Shown one piece after another: positions 56,086-64,000 of a stretch of 64,000 nucleotides of DNA. A model generated the notes under the pieces. The model had not been told where the DNA came from and made no database searches. It saw nothing but the letters and a program-made list of their open reading frames with translations. The stretch covers positions 236,098,001-236,162,000 of the forward strand of contig CM097885.1 of the NCBI GenBank assembly GCA_044892525.1, in the 5' to 3' direction. Within the stretch, counting starts at the first letter, position 1; each line of letters begins with the position of its first letter. Both the position numbers and the translations under genes were made by a program. The stretch is from Schmidtea polychroa. Lineage: Eukaryota.

Positions 56086-58350
56086 TAGAGATGATAATTT
56101 CTCATTGATTGATCATAATTCCTCATCGATTCAGTTAATTATATTCATTATAACTCGATATATCTTTCAAACTAAATCAGTATATACATTAATTTTCATG
56201 AAAATTTCAAATATATCATTATGATAAAATTACCAGGTTTCAACTTTAGATGCTCAATATTTAAAAGTTTATCAATGTGTATACATTCTTAGAAAATAGA
56301 ATCCTAGAATCGAGTAATGCCTTGGATAAAAATTATTATAAGTTATTAAATAATAGACGAAACACATGGAACGTTCCAAACAAGACTGGAGAAACCTTTG
56401 TAGGGTTTATTGGGTCGGTGATGAGTGATAAATTCAACAATTACGTTTCTGACTGCTAGCGCGTTTTATCAATTCACAAATTTATAAATTCGACAAAGGA
56501 AACCTTCATTAATAATCACAATAGATTGTACAAGTTACAATTACATCCTCCAATCAACTCTAATATAGAAAATTATCCAGAGCTTATTACGTCAATACTT
56601 GAAGGATAGCTCTCCGTGTACAATTCGCCAATAACAATAATAATCACTAATCGTCGATTGATTTAATCACAGGAATACGTTACTCGATCGCTTTATTGCT
56701 TTGACCACCATCAATCACTCCTTTTCCACATTTATATTAGGTTTACAAAGATTCTCGTTATCATCAATCAAATATATCTTCTTAATTCTGAACTCTTTTT
56801 ATTCAACTTTTTACTTCTTCTTTTAACTTTTCTTTTAACTCCCCTTTTCAACTATTTTAATTCTCCTCTATTTAACTCTTTTCTAACTCTCTTCTAACTA
56901 ACTCCTAACTAACTCTTTTCTAACTCTGTCTGGTCTCGGTATCTTTCCCTTTTATAGTTTGTTACATTTGAGATACTTAAGATAAATTTGTTTTCCATTT
57001 TTCTTCTTCCTGTTTTTCCACTGCCCTTACCTTATCTCTGACAGATGTCGAGATAAGCCTTGCTTTGTCCCTCTTTTTGTAAGGCCGACTTTTCAGATTT
57101 CCTCAACACTTTTAATTCTGCCCCTGTATTTCTAAAAATTTCGTATACTCCTCGGGGGTGGGACAGTAGATGTTTAAACTTTGAAACATATCACAGCCGT
57201 TACCAATATTTCCTGGAGTTATTTATTTGTTATAAACTCGATATCAGCAGCAGGACACAGGGTTCTTCACTCGCGTGAGAATATAATGAAATTAGTTAAT
57301 TAAATAAATAAAAGTAAAAAATTATATTAAACGAATGTGTGATGTGGGTTGATATGATATGCAAATTTTTTATACATACATTACTCGACGTAGAATAAAA
57401 ATTCTTGTGGAAATTTTTTTGAATATTTCAAACAAATTGAATTGTTTTTGAATTTAATAAATATTAGTATTTAATTATGGACGTTATAAATACAGAAAGT
57501 ATAACAACTAACAACTCGGACCCACAAATAATGAATAATATAAACATGTTTAAAATATCGATTAAATTAGAAATGCATGTATAGTTCTACAAAGTCATGA
57601 AAACATTTATAACGGAATCGATAAATTATAAAATTCAGAGATGGATGCGTCTCATCTTAATATATTATTAATTCATATAGTCAAATTAAAAAATAATTTT
57701 ATTTTAAATAAGACACAATGTGGGTTTCATATCAGTAAAAAGTAAATTAGACGCGTCTTACATGCACGAAAATACGGTAATAAAGTTTAACGCGTATATA
57801 AAATTAAACTAAGTAATATTGCGTGAACTCTTTAAGTTATATTTTTAAAAAATTAAATTTATTTCACATCAGTAGGAAATATTTAAACGAATTTGGACAT
57901 TTCTATTATCATTTTGAAATAACAATTGAAAGACAATATAACATTTGCGCAGATGAAAATTGTCTGGGCAATTAAAAAATCTATTTTATATTTATTCAAT
58001 TCAATAAAACAAAATTTTGAAATTTCTTAAATTTGGTTTCATTGAATTGAATAAATATAAAACAAATATAAAAGATTAATTGTTTCTCGTATAATTTTTG
58101 TCAAAAAATATTATTACATTAAATTTATTAAATGTGAAATGAAAATAAAATAAAAAAGATTTATAATAAAATTTCATGTAATTTAAATGTAGATTATTAA
58201 CCTTCCTAAGACCAAATAACCCAACATCATATTTTTTTTGAAAATTTCTGTTAAATTTAGAATCTAATGCATCCGCCATTTAGTTATTCCAAGTGTGATA
58301 ATTTATTATCACTTTGAATCTATTTCATAAAAAAAAATAATCCTATTCGC

Positions 58351-58533
58351 ATGAAAACAGGTGTTCCCGATTTAGCATATTATGATAAGCTACCGATATC
58401 TGCGACTGGTACAAATTGTAGGTATTCACTTTATACTCGTCAACAAGATTCCAAATGTCAGAAAATATGTAACAAATGTTCAGTATTTGTGTGTACAGAT
58501 CATTCCACTAGCATTATAATATATAAAACTTGA
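58351..58533 (+). pseudogene. piggyBac transposase C-terminal Cys-rich domain remnant
   Basis: R.SL.TRQQDSK..ICNKCSVFVCTDHS pattern. Confidence 0.6.
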
Positions 58534-58658
58534 GATAAATAATGTGTTACTATATGTAATAATATAAGTAATGTTCATTTTGTTTATGAAATATATTTTA
58601 TAGAATATATTTTATTTTTATACTTTAAAATTATTTAAACCCTTTAGACTAGCAATAG

Positions 58659-58990
58659 CAAAGTGAAAAAGTATTGTGGTACAAATTTACTATAATTTTA
58701 TCTTTACCTGGATCTATTATTATTAATTTTTTGTACGGTGATTCTTTATTATTTATTCTACAGAATCCAGTTGGTTTATTTCATGCCTCAATTATCTGGT
58801 ATTTAATTCATTACTGTCCTGAAGATATAGTTTATAAATTGTGCAATTTTTTACCAATCTTCACAATCATATACTTAATGAAAGAATTGCAGAGATGTAA
58901 AAATATATTTCCCGAGATTGATGAAGTGAATGACCAATTTCCTCACTCGTATTTAATATGGATCATTGCAGGAACGATGAAAGACTATGT
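58659..58990 (+). CDS. TMEM38/TRIC cation channel-like exon or gene fragment
   Basis: ASIIWYLIHYCPEDIVYK..FLPI..MKELQRCKNI..YLIWIIAGTMK resembles TRIC ASSIWYITFFCPHDLV..YLPV..MKEVTRTWKI..IAIGWARG. No other exons were recognised. Confidence 0.75.
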
Positions 58991-59161
58991 AATTGGAATT
59001 CTTATTTTTAATGGTAAAGCTGAGTAGGTAGATAGTGGCCTACGGGAACAATTACCCCCCCCCCCCGGGGGGGGGGGGGGTTGTTCCCAAATTTTTATTA
59101 CGCAATTGTTCCCAACTCATTTTTTTTGCTTTCAGGGATTTTTGGTCCAAATTTTTTTTTA

Positions 59162-59795
59162 TCACACTATAGTGAGAGGGTCTTGATGGTCCTGGGAATT
59201 TCAATACAAAAAATTTTTTTCAATACAAAAAGCTGGTCTACACTAAAAAAGTCAAGGATTATTCACACTATAGTGAGGAGGTCTCGATGGTCCTGGGAAT
59301 TTCTATACAAAAATCCGACTATCAATAAAAAAGCCAAGGATTATTCACACTATAGTGAGGGGGTCTCGATGGTCCTGGGATTTTCAATACAAAAAATTTT
59401 TTTCAATACAAAAATCCGACTACCACTAAAAAAGCCAAGGATTATTCACACTATAGTGAGGGGGTCTCGATGGTCCTGGGATTTTCAATACAAAAAATTT
59501 TTTTCAATACAAAAATCCGACTACCACTAAAAAAGCCAAGGATTATTCAGACTATAGTGAGGTGAGTCTCCTTGGTCCTGAGAAATAGGTGGTCTACACT
59601 AAAAAAGCATGGTAATTTAAGGTCTCGGGATATTTTCAATACAAAAAGCTGGTCTACACTAAAAAAGCATGGTAATTTAAGGTCTCAGGATATTTTCAAT
59701 ACAAATAGGTGGTCTACACTAAAAAAGCCAAGGATTTTTCAGACTATAGTGAGGTGAGTCTCCTTGGTCCTGAGAAATAGGTGGTCTACAGTAAA
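59162..59795. repeat. Composite about 60-105 bp tandem repeat with CACTATAGTG palindrome and GGTCTC/GGTCCTG motifs
   Basis: Read directly; related reversed sequence lies at about 17600-17700. Confidence 0.9.
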
Positions 59796-59809
59796 AAACG
59801 TGGTAAATT

Positions 59810-60810
59810 TTTCAATTAAAGTAAATAATGGTCCTAAAAATTAAATTACAGTAAATAATGGCTCAAATTTTTCAATTAAAGTAAATTAAGGTCCTAAAAA
59901 TTAAATTAAAGTAAATTAAGGTCCTAAAAATTAAATTACAGTAAATAATGGTTCTAAAAAATTAAATTAAAGTAAATTATGGTCCAAATTTTTCAATTAA
60001 AGTAAATAATGGTTCTAAAAAATTAAATTAAAGTAAATTATGGTCCAAATTTTTCAATTAAAGTAAATAATGGTCCAAATTTTTGAATTAAAGTAAATTA
60101 TGGGCTTAGATTTTTCAATTAAAGTAATGAATGGGCTCAAATAACTAAATTAAGGTTCAAAATTTTAAATTAAAGTAAATAATGGTCCTAAAAAATTAAA
60201 TTAAAGTTAATTATGGTCCTAAAAAATTAAATTAAGGTTCATATTTTCGAATTAAAGTAATTAATATGCTCAGATTTTTCAATTAAAGTAAATAATGGCT
60301 CAAATTTTTCAAATTAAAGTAAATAATGGTCCAAATTTTTGAATTAAAGTAAATTTAGGTTCTAAAATATTAAATTTAAGTAAATAATGGTTCAAATTTT
60401 TCAATTACAGTAAATTATGGTCCAAATTTTTCAATTAAAGTAAATAATGGTTCTAAAGATTAAATTAAAGTAAATAATGGTTCTAAAAATTTAAATTACA
60501 GTAAATTATGGTCTAAAAATTAAATTAAAGTAAATTATGGTCAAACATTTTAAATTAAAGTAAATAATGGTCCAAATTTTTCCAATACAGTAAATTATGG
60601 GTCTAAAAATTAAATTACAGTAAATAATGGTTCTAAAAATTAAATTAAAGTAAATTTAGGTTCTAAAAATTAAATTACAGTAAATTAAGGTCCAAATTTT
60701 AAAATTAAGTAATCAATGGTAAAAAATTTTAAATAAGTAAATTAAAGTAATAATTTTTAAATTAAGTAATCAATGGTAAATAATTTTAAATAAGTAAATT
60801 AAAGTAAGAT
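59810..60810. repeat. About 30-bp AT-rich satellite AATTAAAGTAAATAATGGTCCAAATTTTTC
   Basis: About 30 degenerate units. Confidence 0.92.
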
Positions 60811-61019
60811 TTTAAAATTTATTAACAAAAAGTTGAAGGTGTTTGAGAATTGAAATTTTTTAATGAAAATTTTTATGGAATAATTTTTTTAAGTAATTTT
60901 TAATGGAAATTTTTATGAAATATTTTTCAATGATAATTTTAGATGGAAATTTTTAAGATAATTTTTAATGAAAATTTTTATGAAATATTTTTCAAAGACA
61001 AATTTTAATAATAATTCAA

Positions 61020-62440
61020 CAACAAACCAACAACTTAGTACCAACAACCAGTAACTTATGAACATGTATTAACAACCAGATACCTACAACTAGTTACTAA
61101 CAACCAGTTACCTGATACCAGATACCTACAACTAGATACCTACAACTAGTTACCTGATACCAACTACTAACAACCACCTACCCATTAACTAGCTACAACC
61201 AGCTAACAACTAGCTACCACCTACCAAGTACTTACAACTAGATACCACGTACTAAATAACTCTCAAACAACCAAGTACCTACAACAAATTACCAGATACC
61301 AAGTACCTACAACTAGTTACTAACAACTAGTTACCTGATACTAAGTACCTACAACCACCTAACAAGTACTAACAACCAAAAACAAGCAACCAACCAGGTA
61401 CCAGATACCACCTACTAAGTACCAACAACCAACTAGCTACCAGATACCTACAACTAGATACTAACAACTAGATACCAAGTACCTACAACCACCTACCCAT
61501 TAACTAGCTACCAAGTACTAACAACTAGGTCTCAAACAACTAAATACTAACAACCAGTTACCAACTACTAAGCATTAATTACCTACAACTAGTTACTAAC
61601 AACTAGATACCAAGTACTTACAACCACCATCAACCAGGTACTAAGCATCATCAACTAACTACTAAGTACCTACAACCTACAACTAGATACTAACAACCAG
61701 TTACCTGCTACCAAGTACTTACAACTAGTTACTAACAACCAACCAACTAGGTACTAGATACCAAGTACTTACAACCGACAACAACCAGTTACTAAGCATT
61801 ATTAACCAACTACTAAGTACCTACAACCTACAACTAGATACTAACAACCAGTTACCTGATACCAAATACTTACAACTAGATACCAAGTACTATCAACCAA
61901 AAACAACCAACCAACTAGGTACTAGATACCAAGCACTCACAACCAACATCAACCAGGTACTAAGCATTATCAACCAACTAAATACTAAGTACTAACAACC
62001 AACCAACCAGTTACCTGATACCAAGTACTTACAACTAGTTACTAACAACCAGATACCTACAACTAGTTACTAGATACCAAGTACTTACAACCGACAACAA
62101 CCAGTTACTAAGCATTATTAACCAACTACTAAGTACTAACAACTAACTACCACCTACCAAGTACTAACAATCAAAACAACCAAGTACTAACAACCAACAA
62201 CAACCAGCTAACAACTAACTACCACCTACCAAGTACTTACAATTAGTTACTAACAACCAGTTACCTGATACCAAGTACTTACAACCAACATCAACCAGGT
62301 ACTAAGCATCATCAACTAACTACTAAGTACCTACAACCAACATCAACCAGGTACTAGATACCAAGTACTAACAACCAAGTAACTTACCTAGTACTAAGCA
62401 CTGTCAACTAGATACCAAACACTTACAACCAGATGACCAC
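61020..62440. repeat. A/C-skewed mosaic repeat (ACAACTAG, ATACCAAGTAC, TAACAACC words)
   Basis: Strong strand asymmetry; recurs at about 62800-62910 and 63320-63530. Confidence 0.9.
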
Positions 62441-62723
62441 ATGAAATTATTGGTTAAATATGAAAATAAGGATTATATTTAGTTGTTTAGTAAATTATGG
62501 TGTAAAATTAAGAAATAAAGAATAATTAGGTAAATTAAGGATAAGTAAATTAAAGTTAAAAATTTTAAATTAAAGAAAACAATGGTTCAAAATTTAAATT
62601 AAAGCTAAAGTAAGATTTTTAAATTTATTATCAAAAGATTGAATAACCACCAACTTTTTTGAGAAATGTAATTTATAATGAAAATTTAAATGGAAATTTA
62701 AATGGAATAATAATAATAATAAT

Positions 62724-62782
<59 letters not shown>

Positions 62783-63200
62783 TACTAATAATTCAACAGT
62801 TACCAACAATCGGTTACTGATTATTTTTTAACTAGGTGCTAACAAATACTTACACCATGATACCACGTACTAACTAACTCTCAAACAACCAGATACTTAC
62901 AACTAACTACTAAATATTCTTTATTGTATTTTATGAAATGCTTTTTAAATTAATTTTTTATCTATCTTCAAAAATATATTTAATTACAATCATTAGAAAA
63001 ACCTTTTCAAATTTAACAAAAATGTTGATTTTCATCAAAAAAACCACAACTCATCACCACGTGGAATTCAAAATAATTTTAATTACAATGAAAGACTAAT
63101 GAAATCTAATTTACAAAACATTCTTCTTTTAAATGATAACTTATTATTGCAATGTAAAAATCGCATTCAATAAAAACTTATTGTTGATCAGTTTTATTAT

Positions 63201-63312
63201 ATATACTCTGAGTTTATCCGACAGGATGTTTTGACCCCCTAAGGGTACAGGTCGTAAGGGTACTGGTCGTAAGGGTATTAGTCGTAAGGGTACTAGTCGT
63301 AGGGGTATTGGT
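63201..63312 (-). repeat. Reverse-orientation terminal module with four 15-bp GTCGTAAGGGTACTG subrepeats
   Basis: TATA-CTCTGAGTTTATCCGACAGGATGTTTTGACCCCCTAAGGGTA matches 12224-12270. Confidence 0.9.
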
Positions 63313-64000
63313 AACACTCAACCCCCATCTACCCATTAACCACCTAACAAGTACCAACAACCAAGTCTCAAACAACTAAATACTAAACACTAACAACCAA
63401 CAACAACCAGACACTAAGCATTATCAACCTACAACTATATAACAACAATCAGTAAACAACACTGTACCAACTACCAAATACAAGAAACCAACAACTTAGT
63501 ACCAACAATCAACTAACAACACATAAAAATAATAGCAATTAAATAAAAAAAATTATTCTTCATCGCATACACTATTTTCTTATCAAAATCTAAAAAGTCA
63601 ACCAACTACTTACAACCAACAACTATGTACTAACAAATTGATCTTTAAAAGCAAATACTCATCACTTGAAAAAATTAGATGAAAAATTAATTGAACTCAA
63701 GGCACTTTTAAGATATTTGAACTCAAGGCATCAATAACTTGGTAAAAATTGATTAAATTATTGTAAAAATTTAAATTATTCAAAATATACTAAATTAAAA
63801 AAAATATAATTAATGGACAAGAAAGAACTTTAAATTCTAGTCATTGATCATTCAAGTTAATATGAATCAACTAAGATAATAAATTAATAAGAATTTTGAA
63901 ATAAGATCTAGTAGATAATTGATTTAGATTGAATAAATTAATTGAAATAAAATTAATTTTAATTATTTTTTTTTTAAAAGTAATACATGTACTCAAATTG

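Noticed and set aside
57984..58062. About 80-bp AT-rich palindrome
   Set aside because: Real but low complexity, with no TSD or second copy to support an element call.
59081..59757. 149-aa and 61-aa ORFs
   Set aside because: They are translations of the tandem repeat, with TTG starts and no protein-family features.

Overview
Very AT-rich eukaryotic DNA with (TAA)n and (TA)n microsatellites, most likely a planarian flatworm, judged from an intronless GPCR with the RNW motif of the flatworm PROF1/Rho-L family. Almost all of it is mobile-element derived. (1) 1-13 kb: a decayed Polinton/Maverick (adintovirus-like) locus with a packaging ATPase, an adenoviral pX-like basic protein and an rve integrase. 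It also carries a compact TATA-binding-protein (TBP)-like gene transcribed divergently from the ATPase and two small genes with short GT-AG introns. Many copies of one terminal-repeat module and several bZIP-motif-rich tandem arrays surround it. (2) 13-58 kb: one intact host GPCR, three Gypsy elements sharing a TGGCGACCACG primer site, a Penelope copy with a 5' inversion, and hAT, pogo, Tc1 and piggyBac remnants and MITEs. Two copies of an alternating CACAGACGCG inverted-repeat module are each fused directly to a different host-gene fragment (CstF-77-like and RNF126/115-like). (3) 58-64 kb: a TMEM38/TRIC fragment, a C12-G14 hairpin, three stacked satellites and another copy of the terminal module. 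All protein-family calls come from motif recognition by eye; no database search was run.
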